Shown here piece after piece: positions 28,741 to 37,985 of a stretch of 64,000 nt of DNA. The position numbers were made by a program, and so were the translations under genes. Numbering within the stretch: the first letter of the stretch is position 1; each line of letters starts with the position of its first letter. The DNA lies in IMG/VR virus record IMGVR_UViG_3300023174_000123, positions 1 to 64,000 of that record, one strand, 5' to 3'. This DNA comes from a virus. The notes under the pieces were generated by a model, which was not told where the DNA came from, did no database searches, and worked only from the letters and a program-made list of their open reading frames with translations.

Positions 28741-31700
28741 ATGAGCTACATCCAAAACTTATTCACCAGCCGAGACAACAACGCCCAGGGCAATACCTAT
28801 GTGGGCCAAGAAGGCCGCATCTGGTGGAATCCTGATACCAATGCATTTTACTACAGCGACGGCAACACAGCCGGTGGTATTCCTGTGGGTACTGGCGGCG
28901 GCGGTCCTGGTGTGCCTGGTGGTCCTACCAACTCAATACAATACAACGCAGGTGGTGGCAGCTTTGGTGGCTCAGCTAATCTAGTAGTTTCAGGAACTGG
29001 CCTAAGTGCTGTAGGTAACATCGCAGCGGCCTGGTTCATAGGAAATGTATCTGCCACGGGCAACATAGCTGGCGGCAACATCTTCAGCAACAACTATCTT
29101 TATGCCAATGGTCAGAGCATATTTGCCAACATCTCATTGACTGGCAATGTGAATCTGGGCAATCTGTATGTGTCAGACCAAACCATCTACGGCAAGAATC
29201 TCAATGCCAACATAGGTCTCAGCCCCGAGGGTGATGGCTGGGTCACGGTGCCCAAGATCGACATAGATGGCATGACCATTGCCAACACTGGCACTGCACT
29301 GCAATTTGATACCGACGCTGGCATTGACATCCAGTTTGGTCCTGGCACCGGCGGCAACATACTCACGGCCGGAACCATAAAACCCACTGGCAACAATACG
29401 GCTGGCCTGGGTGCCGCCGGCAGTCGCTACACTGATCTTTGGCTGGGATCGGGCAACATCAATCTCATTGACCAAACTCTAAACCAAAACCAACAGATCT
29501 ACGCCAATCAAGGCAACTTGATCATTGGCAATGCCACAGGTCTTTCATTTGGCAACTTCCTGTTCTATGGCAATGTCATGGCCTTGGCCAATGCCGCAGC
29601 CAACATTGAGATAGGCACTGCCAATGCCACGGGTTGGGTGCAGTTCAATCGTGCCATAGCGGTCAGCACTCAAGTGGGTCAAACAGCCTTTGCTGTGGAA
29701 CGCGATGGCACTGTAGAGATCAACGTGCCCGGTGGCATTCCGGGTAACACAGCTGGTGCTCTCAACATTGTAGCCACCGCCGACGGTGCCTATCAGAATG
29801 TGACCAACTCGGGTGGTGTCATACATGCCACCGGTCCTAACAACAGCATAGCACGTGTGACCATTGATGCCTTTGGCACCTCGGTAGCCAACAGTGTGTT
29901 TGGACAATTTATTGGACGTGCTGGACGAGGCACTGCCAATGTGCCAGTGGCCTTGCAAGCCAATGATGTCATGGCCAGATTTGGTGCCGCAGGCTGGATT
30001 GACAGCACCAACAAATTCGCTCCTCAAGGACTGCCCACACCCACGGCCATTGAAATGGTAGCTGCTGAAGCGCTTACAGCCAATACCTTGGGCAGCAAAA
30101 TCAACATTTATGTCACACCCATTGGATCCAATGTTCGCACCTTGGCTACCACTGTCAATGGCAACGGCATCAACTTCCCCAACACAGGTGCTGGGGGCAC
30201 AGGCAATCTTGGCATAACCTTCCAGGACGGCTCGTTCCAGAACACGGCCTATTCACCAAGCAATTCGGTCAGCAGTCTCACAGCCGGTGCCGGCATCAAC
30301 TTGTCCGGCAGCACCGGCAACATAACCATAACCAACACTGGTATCCTTGGCGTCAACGGCACACCTAATCGTGTGTTGGTGACCAGCAACGTGGCCGGTG
30401 TGGTCACTCTCAGCACACCACAGGATCTCAACACCACAGCCAATGTCACACTCTACAGCTTGACCGTGACCGACCTCAGCATCATTGGCAATGTCAGCAA
30501 TGTCATACCCAGCACCGTGGATGGACCAGTGGTCTATGTGGCCAACACAGCCACGGTCTACAACAACATCAACAATTCGGGTCTTGTTATCGGCAACATA
30601 GCCAACAATGTCAGTGCTGGGATCTTGTACAAGACCAGCTCCAACACCTGGAATTTTGATTATGGCAATGCCTGGGGTATCACAGCCAACACTGTGTATG
30701 GCAACACAGGCCAGTTCAATGACCTTTTGCATGTGGGCTTTGGCAATGCCACTATAGATTTCCCCAATGCCAGTCTACAGGCCGATTGCAACATTGACAG
30801 CTACAATCAGATCGTTATCCACAATCATTTCCAGGGAGCCAACGCCAGTTCAGACTTCGTGGCCGTGGCCAACAACGGCGATGACAGCAGTTACTACATA
30901 GACATGGGCATCAACAGCAATGTTTACAACAATGCAGATTATGCCGTCACTGGACCCAATGATGGATATCTGTATGTGAATGGCGGCAACTTGATCATTG
31001 GCACTCAGACTGCCAACAAGACCATAAGATTCTTCACTGGTGGAACCAATACAGCCACCAATGTGCGTGGTACACTGAGTGATTCAGGACTCAGCATGGT
31101 GGGCAATGTGTCGGCCAACAACTTTGCAGGCAACACAGTGTCAGTGACCACAGTGTCGGCCACCACAGTCACCGGCACTACCGTATCAGCCACAGGCGTG
31201 GTCACAGCACCCAGCATCACCGGCGGAATAGTTTCTACCACAGGCACCATCACTGGCGGCAACTTGAGAACTGGCGGCAGCATATCTGCCACTGGCAATG
31301 TTACGGCTGGTAATTTGATCACGGCAACCACGGTCATAGACGGTGGGGTCAGTACCACAGGCACAGTCACAGCGGCCAACATCAGCGGAGCCAACATCAC
31401 GGCCTCTGGCACTGTCAGTGCCATTGGCAATATTAGCACGCCCAATTTGAATGCGTCTATTGCTATTGTGTCAACCCTGCTCAGCATCACCGGCAACATC
31501 GACGGTGGCAACCTACGCACTTCAGGCATAATTTCAACCACGGGCAATGCCACATTTGGCAATGTGCAGACCACAGGACGTGTCAGCGTCACTGGCAACA
31601 TTGACGGCGGAAATGTTCGTACCGCAGGTTTGGTCACTGCCACCGGCAACATCAGCACCGCAGGTTATTTCTTGGGTGACGGTGGCCTGCTCAGCAACAT

Positions 31701-32409
31701 CACAGCCTCAACAGGAACCAAGATTGTAAACGGCACCAGCTGGGCCAACATAGCCGCATCAGGTGGCAACCTGGTCATGGCCATAGCCGGCAACACAATA
31801 GGAACCATCAGCGCAGGTGGAGCCAACATCACTGGTTACGCCAGTGTGTCAGGCAATGTCACAGGTGGAAACCTTGTGGGACAAAATCTCACCGCAGGTC
31901 GTGTGGCCATTGTGGGATCGGGCAAAGAAGTCAGCGACGATGCAGAATTTACCTACAACAGCTCAACCAATGTGCTCAGTGTGGCCGGCAACATAAATGC
32001 CACCAACTTTATTGGCAACCTCATTTCGGCCACCAACGTCAGCAACGTGGGCAATTTGTATGTGCAAGGCAATATACAGTATAACCTGAACATTGATGAC
32101 GGCGGCAATGTCACACAGCTCACAAACAAATCTACCGCAGTGACCTGCAACGGTAGGACTGGTCGCATCACCACCAGCGGTGCGGCCTTGGCCGGGGGCA
32201 CCGAAGTTACATTTGTGGTCAACAATACCTATGTTCAGCAGTACGACTTGATCATACTCAACATCAAAGATCCTGTGCGGGCCAACACCTATCTGGCCAC
32301 AGTGGCCGGAGTGGGCACAAACAGTTTCAACATTATGATTACCAATTTAGACAACAACAGTCACAGCGATGCCATCGTCTTGAGTTTTGCTGTGATACAG
32401 GTCCGATAG
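28741..32409 (+). CDS. Tail fibre/adhesin-like protein (1222 aa)
   Basis: YVGQEGRIWW...YYSDGNTAGG N-terminal attachment motif; PGGPTNSIQYN..G.FGGS; Gly/Asn/Thr-rich GNITGGN repeats. Confidence 0.75.
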   Translation: MSYIQNLFTSRDNNAQGNTYVGQEGRIWWNPDTNAFYYSDGNTAGGIPVGTGGGGPGVPGGPTNSIQYNAGGGSFGGSANLVVSGTGLSAVGNIAAAWFIGNVSATGNIAGGNIFSNNYLYANGQSIFANISLTGNVNLGNLYVSDQTIYGKNLNANIGLSPEGDGWVTVPKIDIDGMTIANTGTALQFDTDAGIDIQFGPGTGGNILTAGTIKPTGNNTAGLGAAGSRYTDLWLGSGNINLIDQTLNQNQQIYANQGNLIIGNATGLSFGNFLFYGNVMALANAAANIEIGTANATGWVQFNRAIAVSTQVGQTAFAVERDGTVEINVPGGIPGNTAGALNIVATADGAYQNVTNSGGVIHATGPNNSIARVTIDAFGTSVANSVFGQFIGRAGRGTANVPVALQANDVMARFGAAGWIDSTNKFAPQGLPTPTAIEMVAAEALTANTLGSKINIYVTPIGSNVRTLATTVNGNGINFPNTGAGGTGNLGITFQDGSFQNTAYSPSNSVSSLTAGAGINLSGSTGNITITNTGILGVNGTPNRVLVTSNVAGVVTLSTPQDLNTTANVTLYSLTVTDLSIIGNVSNVIPSTVDGPVVYVANTATVYNNINNSGLVIGNIANNVSAGILYKTSSNTWNFDYGNAWGITANTVYGNTGQFNDLLHVGFGNATIDFPNASLQADCNIDSYNQIVIHNHFQGANASSDFVAVANNGDDSSYYIDMGINSNVYNNADYAVTGPNDGYLYVNGGNLIIGTQTANKTIRFFTGGTNTATNVRGTLSDSGLSMVGNVSANNFAGNTVSVTTVSATTVTGTTVSATGVVTAPSITGGIVSTTGTITGGNLRTGGSISATGNVTAGNLITATTVIDGGVSTTGTVTAANISGANITASGTVSAIGNISTPNLNASIAIVSTLLSITGNIDGGNLRTSGIISTTGNATFGNVQTTGRVSVTGNIDGGNVRTAGLVTATGNISTAGYFLGDGGLLSNITASTGTKIVNGTSWANIAASGGNLVMAIAGNTIGTISAGGANITGYASVSGNVTGGNLVGQNLTAGRVAIVGSGKEVSDDAEFTYNSSTNVLSVAGNINATNFIGNLISATNVSNVGNLYVQGNIQYNLNIDDGGNVTQLTNKSTAVTCNGRTGRITTSGAALAGGTEVTFVVNNTYVQQYDLIILNIKDPVRANTYLATVAGVGTNSFNIMITNLDNNSHSDAIVLSFAVIQVR

Positions 32410-32419
32410 GAACGAAAAA

Positions 32420-33133
32420 ATGAAACGACTACTATTCATCGCATTGTTTGCCCCTGTCCTGACTTGGGCACAGATAGCACAACAATGCCCGCAGTTCCTG
32501 CCCAATGGTCCTGTGTCCTATCAAGCACAGCCAGGCGATCAAGAACTCTGCAAAACCAACTATGCTGTTATCCATCGTTGCAACGCCAAGGCTCCTGTGG
32601 CTGTGTTTGAACACCTGACCGCAACAGGCATGAACGGCCCTGCCAAACGCAGAGACGATTTCCGACCAGATCCTGCTGTGGTCGAGCAATGCCGTGCCAG
32701 CCTAGCAGACTATGCCACAGTGGGTCGAACACACGATCGCGGACACATGAGTCCGGCAGCTAACAACAGCCAGAGCGACGCCATCATGAGTGAAAGTTTC
32801 TTTCTTTCAAACATGCTGGCACAGGTGGCCAACAACAATCGTGGCGCCTGGCGCTTGTTGGAAGTGGCTGTGCGCCAGTGGGCCAGCCAACCTGGCACAG
32901 ATTTCTATGTGATTTCGGGTGGCATATTTGATCCAGGACATCTGGTCACAGGCAACGGCTTGGGAATACCTACCCGGCTTTACAAGATTGTGGTTGAACG
33001 CAACAGCCGCCAGGTTCAGGCCTACTTGTTTCCTAACGCACCTATAAGTCCAGCCACGTCTTGGCCACAATATCAGACCACCATGACCGAAATCGAGCGT
33101 GCCACAGGTATAAGGTTCAATCTAGGACAATGA
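32420..33133 (+). CDS. DNA/RNA non-specific endonuclease (NucA/EndoG family) with signal peptide
   Basis: DRGH active site (HDRGHMSPAA), FFLSNM..Q...NNRGAWRLLE; N-terminal MKRLLFIALFAPVLTWA. Confidence 0.92.
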   Translation: MKRLLFIALFAPVLTWAQIAQQCPQFLPNGPVSYQAQPGDQELCKTNYAVIHRCNAKAPVAVFEHLTATGMNGPAKRRDDFRPDPAVVEQCRASLADYATVGRTHDRGHMSPAANNSQSDAIMSESFFLSNMLAQVANNNRGAWRLLEVAVRQWASQPGTDFYVISGGIFDPGHLVTGNGLGIPTRLYKIVVERNSRQVQAYLFPNAPISPATSWPQYQTTMTEIERATGIRFNLGQ

Positions 33134-33324
33134 GATTCTCAGAGTTTGGCAGGAGTGTATATCCCAAGTCCAAGTTAAAACCTCTTGCGGGCAGTAATAT
33201 ATCAAAAACAGGCACACATGTGGCCCGTTTCCAACGCAACAAAAACATCCAACCCGGCACCGAACCTTGGTTCAAATTATGGTTTGCCAAACCTGGCCTC
33301 ACCGGCGAAAATCCCTATAAGTAG
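33130..33324 (+). CDS. Small basic hypothetical protein
   Basis: ATGA overlap at 33130; MRFSEF start; IQPGTEPWFKLWF. Confidence 0.6.
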   Translation: MRFSEFGRSVYPKSKLKPLAGSNISKTGTHVARFQRNKNIQPGTEPWFKLWFAKPGLTGENPYK

Positions 33325-33327
33325 TTG

Positions 33328-34452
33328 ATGTCAAAAGTTTACTGTGCAGCTCCTTGGCGAGGCTTGCACATCAACCCACGTGGTGATGTCAAAACCTGTT
33401 GTGCCGGCGATCCCAACATGTTGGGCAATCTCAACGAGCACAACATTGAACAGATCCTGCACGGCCCTGTCATGCAGGAAATACGCCAAACTCTGCGGCA
33501 AGGCCGCATGCACCCTGAATTTTGCCAAAACTGCATACAGGCCGAACGCTATGGCCGCAGTGAACGTGACTGGCACAACCGTCTGAATTCAGGATTTGAT
33601 CCTGACACTGTGTCTGATCAAGATCATCAACCGGTGTTGATAGATGTGCGTTGGAATATCACCTGTAATCTCAGCTGTAACTACTGTGGAGACAAGTGCA
33701 GTAGCAAGTGGGCTGATTTAAAAGGTGTTCCAGTGCGTTCGGGCACCAGACCCTATATCGAACAGGTTTGCGAATACCTGTCACTACATCAACACAGCAT
33801 ACGGCAAGTGGCCCTGGTGGGCGGGGAACCCTTGTTGCTGAAAGAAAATGAATCAGTGTTGGACGTGACTCCAGATTCAGCTTTGGTCAATTTGATAACC
33901 AACCTCAGTGTGGATCTTGACACAAACCGTATTTTCCAACGCCTGGCTCAACGACCGCGTGTGGGATGGAATGTGAGCTTTGACAATGTTGGATCACGAT
34001 TTGAATATGTGCGCCACGGTGGCCGTTGGGATCTTTTAGAAAAAAACATACAGAGAATACGGCAGTGTGTGGGACATGAAATTGGTATCCATGCTGTGTA
34101 TAATGTTTACAATGCCACACGATTAGATGAGTTTGTGACCTGGGCCAAGAGCCAGCAACTTGACATACACTGGCAAAGCCTGTTCCAACCCGAATACCTG
34201 GATCCTCTGCAACTGGGTCCAGGCATACAGAAACTGGCCTTGCAAGAATTACACAGTGTCCTAGCAAGGTCTGACCTGTCATCGGGCGAGCGAGGATTTT
34301 TAGAACAAGCACGTAAAAATCTGGAGCAGGCCAAATCAGATTCCTTGATCCAGCAGTTCAAATCGCACATCGTAGAAATTGAATCAACATATCATCCAGA
34401 TCAACAAGGAAAGTTCGCCCAATTATGGCCGGAACTAAGTACGTTACTATGA
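33328..34452 (+). CDS. Radical SAM enzyme with N-terminal SPASM/twitch domain
   Basis: YCAAPW...GDVKTCC...CQNC twitch; CNLSCNYC; GGEPLL; YVRHG..W. Confidence 0.9.
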   Translation: MSKVYCAAPWRGLHINPRGDVKTCCAGDPNMLGNLNEHNIEQILHGPVMQEIRQTLRQGRMHPEFCQNCIQAERYGRSERDWHNRLNSGFDPDTVSDQDHQPVLIDVRWNITCNLSCNYCGDKCSSKWADLKGVPVRSGTRPYIEQVCEYLSLHQHSIRQVALVGGEPLLLKENESVLDVTPDSALVNLITNLSVDLDTNRIFQRLAQRPRVGWNVSFDNVGSRFEYVRHGGRWDLLEKNIQRIRQCVGHEIGIHAVYNVYNATRLDEFVTWAKSQQLDIHWQSLFQPEYLDPLQLGPGIQKLALQELHSVLARSDLSSGERGFLEQARKNLEQAKSDSLIQQFKSHIVEIESTYHPDQQGKFAQLWPELSTLL

Positions 34453-36014
34453 GCAAAGACGCCTCTACTCTAGTTAAATCACCCTATCGCAAGCAGAGTT
34501 GGACCGATCAGCAACTGGCTGAATTCATGGCCTGTGCAGATCCTGACACAGGACCGCAGTATTTCATGGACAACTTTTTCTACATACAGCATCCCACACG
34601 AGGCAAGATGTTGTACCACCCTTTTGACTATCAGAAACGTTTGATAGATACCTACCACAACTTCAGATACAGTATCAGCATGATGCCCAGGCAGACCGGT
34701 AAGTCAACGTCGGCTGCAGGTTACCTCCTATGGATGGCCATGTTCCGTCCAGACTCGACCATCCTGATTGCCGCACACAAGTACACTGGCTCACAGGAGA
34801 TCATGCAACGTATCCGTTATGCCTACGAACTGTGTCCAGACCATATTCGTGCCGGAGTCACCAGTTACAACAAAGGCAACCTGGATTTTGAAAACGGCAG
34901 CCGCATAGTTTCAACTACCACAACAGAAAACACCGGTCGTGGTATGTCCATTACCTTGCTGTATTGTGACGAGTTTGCATTCGTGCGGCCCACCATAGCC
35001 CGAGAGTTCTGGACATCCATAGCACCTACCTTGGCCACTGGTGGTAAGGCCATTATTACGTCGACGCCCAACTCAGATGAAGATCAGTTTGCCTTGCTGT
35101 GGAAAGGTGCCAACAAATGCGAAGATGCCTACGGCAATCCCACTGAATTGGGCATCAACGGATTCAAAGCCTATCGCAGTTACTGGAACGAACACCCAGA
35201 TCGTGATGAAGCCTGGGCCACTGAACAACGGGCACAGCTAGGCGAAGATCGTTTCCGGCGTGAGATGAATTGTGAATTTGTAATAAATGATGAGACCTTG
35301 ATAGCTCCTGCCAAGCTCCTGGATTTACAAGGGCATGAACCTCTCTACAAAACTGGACAGGTACGCTGGTATCAACGACCTAAAAAAGATCGTACCTACG
35401 TGGTAGCACTTGATCCAAGCCTGGGCACCGGTGGCGATCCTGCGGCCATACAGGTATACGAAGCAGAAACCACTGAACAAGTGGCAGAATGGCGGCACAA
35501 CAGGACCACCATACCCGAACAGGTGCGTATCTTGGCCAGCATCTGTGCCCATATCAATGAAACTGTGCAGGATCCTCAACGAGTCTATTACAGCATAGAA
35601 AACAACACCATTGGCGAAGCGGCCTTGATCAGCATAGCTGAGTACGGTGAAGAAAACATACAGGGCTATTTCCTCAGTGAACCCGGCACGGGCGGCAACC
35701 GCAGATATCGCAAAGGATTCAACACCACTAACAAGCCCAAGTTGGCAGCCTGCAACAAGCTCAAATTGTTGATAGAAACAGCCAGAATGAAAATACGTAG
35801 CACGGGCCTGGTCAGCGAGCTCAAAACCTTTGTGGCTTCAGGCATGGGCTATGCGGCCAAACCCGGCGAAACTGACGATCTTGTCATGAGCACAGTGCTG
35901 GCAGTGCGCATGTTACAACTGCTACAAACTTATGACAGCACCATAAACAACCAACTGCGTGACCATGGCGATGATATAAAACCGCCTATGCCCTTCATAG
36001 CAGTACTACGATAA
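34449..36014 (+). CDS. Terminase large subunit (T4 gp17-like)
   Basis: PRQTGKST Walker A, LLYCDEFAF Walker B, ITSTPN, ALDPSLGTGGD and DDLVM nuclease motifs; start ATG 34449. Confidence 0.96.
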   Translation: MSKDASTLVKSPYRKQSWTDQQLAEFMACADPDTGPQYFMDNFFYIQHPTRGKMLYHPFDYQKRLIDTYHNFRYSISMMPRQTGKSTSAAGYLLWMAMFRPDSTILIAAHKYTGSQEIMQRIRYAYELCPDHIRAGVTSYNKGNLDFENGSRIVSTTTTENTGRGMSITLLYCDEFAFVRPTIAREFWTSIAPTLATGGKAIITSTPNSDEDQFALLWKGANKCEDAYGNPTELGINGFKAYRSYWNEHPDRDEAWATEQRAQLGEDRFRREMNCEFVINDETLIAPAKLLDLQGHEPLYKTGQVRWYQRPKKDRTYVVALDPSLGTGGDPAAIQVYEAETTEQVAEWRHNRTTIPEQVRILASICAHINETVQDPQRVYYSIENNTIGEAALISIAEYGEENIQGYFLSEPGTGGNRRYRKGFNTTNKPKLAACNKLKLLIETARMKIRSTGLVSELKTFVASGMGYAAKPGETDDLVMSTVLAVRMLQLLQTYDSTINNQLRDHGDDIKPPMPFIAVLR

Positions 36015-36017
36015 ATA
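36011..36017 (+). promoter_or_regulatory. Late promoter (ATAAATA)
   Basis: Overlaps terminase stop; ATG 7 nt downstream. Confidence 0.75.
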
Positions 36018-36024
36018 CACTACT

Positions 36025-37827
36025 ATGGCAAATATAACACCCGCCCGCAAACTGTTTGATCTTTTGGTCACCAGAGATTTTGATCCAGAAATCCTGGATG
36101 CCGCTGGAAAATCCGCTGCTGATCCTAGCCAAGCGGAAATATTCAGTTTTGACTTCCGTGCTGAATCCGGCAAGGACTATGGCACTGTTGTGATCATGCT
36201 TAGTGATGACGGAGCCCTGGAAGTTTACTGTGCCGACAACGTGGGCAAAACCATGGAAGGTGCCGATAAAACCGACTGGTTCAACTTTTTAGAGCAACTC
36301 AAACATTTTGCCGTGCGCACCAATCGATTAGATTTTGGTGTGAAGAATTTGAATCACCTGCGCTACAGCATGCAAGGACAAGCTGCCATCAAAGAAGGCT
36401 TGTTTGAGTCATGGCAAGGAAAGAAGGACGTCAGCTGGAATGCTGGCGCCAACGAAAGCCGACTCATGATCAAACACAAACGCAACCTGGGTGAAGGCGA
36501 AGCCAGATTCCGTTATGTAGAAAGCCTGTTTATTGAAACAGCCGAAGGAGAACGTTACAAGTTACCTTTCCGCAATCTCACTGCCGGCAAGGCCATGCTG
36601 GAACATGTGCGCAATGGTGGCCGTCCTTATGACCTACGTGGACAACACATTGCTGAAATGGTCACGGAACTCACTGTGCTGAGTCGATTTAGACGTGCCA
36701 ATGCTGGCAAGCTGTTAGAAGGTGACACTGCCCAGCTGGTCGAGCGTGCCAATGTCTACTACGAAAACTTACAAAAAAATCTCAAGAGCTTGACCAACCG
36801 CAGAGGTTACCACACATATTTTGAATCATGGACTCCCTTGGACGTAAAAGAAGAGACTGTGGTCATAGAAGGACTCAAGCACTTGTTTGTCACACAAAGC
36901 ATTGATCAGCGGATCGAAGATGCCTTGCCAGTGATAGCCCGAATACAACAACAGGAAAACGCTATGAAAGAAGCCAACATATTTGAAGCCTGGGCCAATC
37001 AGCTCATGGAAGGAACCTGGCAAACACCAGACACACCCGAAAAGCAAGCCAAGCTGATCGAACTGCTCAGCCAAGACTTGCCAGTGGGTGCGGATGCTAC
37101 CAATGCCACCGAACAGTTGTATGATCTCATTGGTGATGATGAACTGTTTGACCAACTGCAGGAATTGGCCGATCGTGATGCCAATGCCGACGCACGCCAG
37201 ATCGTGTTGAACCGCATGCAGGAATTGGCACATGATCCTGACATCATGAAGGTCATCACCAGCTTGAACATCGATGACAAGTATGCAATGAATCCGCCTG
37301 AGCAGACACCCGCTGATCTTGGCTCAGAAGAAGACAAGGTTGAAGAAATGTTGGGCGGTGATGCCGCAGATGACCTGATCACCGACATCGAAGTGCCTGA
37401 GCAAGGCGAGGAAATGGAAGAAACTGTCAAAGATCCTGCCACACAGACCGAAGATCCACCAGGTGCTGGCCAGCCAGCCTATCCAGAATATGATCAAGAC
37501 TTGAGTAGTATCTTGAAACATGCTGGTGTGCCTGCTCAAGAAAGACCTGCACCAGACTACGAACTAGAAGTGGCCGAAACGGCCAATCCTGGTGTGACCC
37601 CGGCCGACATTGACGGTGTGCCCACAGAGGAACTTGATGAAGCCAGCCGTTGCAACATGACCGAAGCTGGTGAAAGTTGCCCAGTTCATGGACTCAAAGA
37701 GTGTGGCATGTACGAAGCCTCAGCCCTGCAAGGACAGTATGGACACAGCGGCCGCATGAAACCGGTGGCCCAAGATACTGGATTCTTGACCCGCCTCAAA
37801 GAACTAAGCGGCATGATCAAAACCTAG
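36025..37827 (+). CDS. Hypothetical late protein with acidic C-terminal half (possible head/core protein)
   Basis: Late promoter; many hydrophobic-x-E sites; ends LTRLKELSG. Confidence 0.65.
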   Translation: MANITPARKLFDLLVTRDFDPEILDAAGKSAADPSQAEIFSFDFRAESGKDYGTVVIMLSDDGALEVYCADNVGKTMEGADKTDWFNFLEQLKHFAVRTNRLDFGVKNLNHLRYSMQGQAAIKEGLFESWQGKKDVSWNAGANESRLMIKHKRNLGEGEARFRYVESLFIETAEGERYKLPFRNLTAGKAMLEHVRNGGRPYDLRGQHIAEMVTELTVLSRFRRANAGKLLEGDTAQLVERANVYYENLQKNLKSLTNRRGYHTYFESWTPLDVKEETVVIEGLKHLFVTQSIDQRIEDALPVIARIQQQENAMKEANIFEAWANQLMEGTWQTPDTPEKQAKLIELLSQDLPVGADATNATEQLYDLIGDDELFDQLQELADRDANADARQIVLNRMQELAHDPDIMKVITSLNIDDKYAMNPPEQTPADLGSEEDKVEEMLGGDAADDLITDIEVPEQGEEMEETVKDPATQTEDPPGAGQPAYPEYDQDLSSILKHAGVPAQERPAPDYELEVAETANPGVTPADIDGVPTEELDEASRCNMTEAGESCPVHGLKECGMYEASALQGQYGHSGRMKPVAQDTGFLTRLKELSGMIKT

Positions 37828-37845
37828 CATCTGAACAACCGCGTC

Positions 37846-37884
37846 ATAAATACACTTGACGCTACGAAATAAAGCGTATATACT
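37846..37884 (+). promoter_or_regulatory. Tandem late (ATAAATA) and sigma70 (TTGACG-17-TATACT) promoters of gp32
   Basis: ATAAATA 37846-37852; TTGACG 37856-37861; TATACT 37879-37884. Confidence 0.75.
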
Positions 37885-37911
37885 AACTCAAGTGTATGCG
37901 CTTTTTACTTT
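37871..37911 (+). terminator. Hairpin plus T-tract overlapping the gp32 -10 box
   Basis: AAAGCGTATATACT-AACTCA-AGTGTATGCGCTTT (14 bp with two G-U pairs), then TTACTTT. Confidence 0.55.
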
Positions 37912-37919
37912 AGCATCAC

Positions 37920-37979
37920 AGGCAACGTAACATCTAAACATTTAGATAGGCAACACATAGTAAACTTTAGAAAGGCAAC
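37920..37979 (+). repeat. Three AGGCAAC direct repeats in the gp32 leader
   Basis: At 37920, 37948 and 37973; the last two extend to TTTAGA(T/A)AGGCAAC. Confidence 0.8.
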
Positions 37980-37985
37980 TCAACT

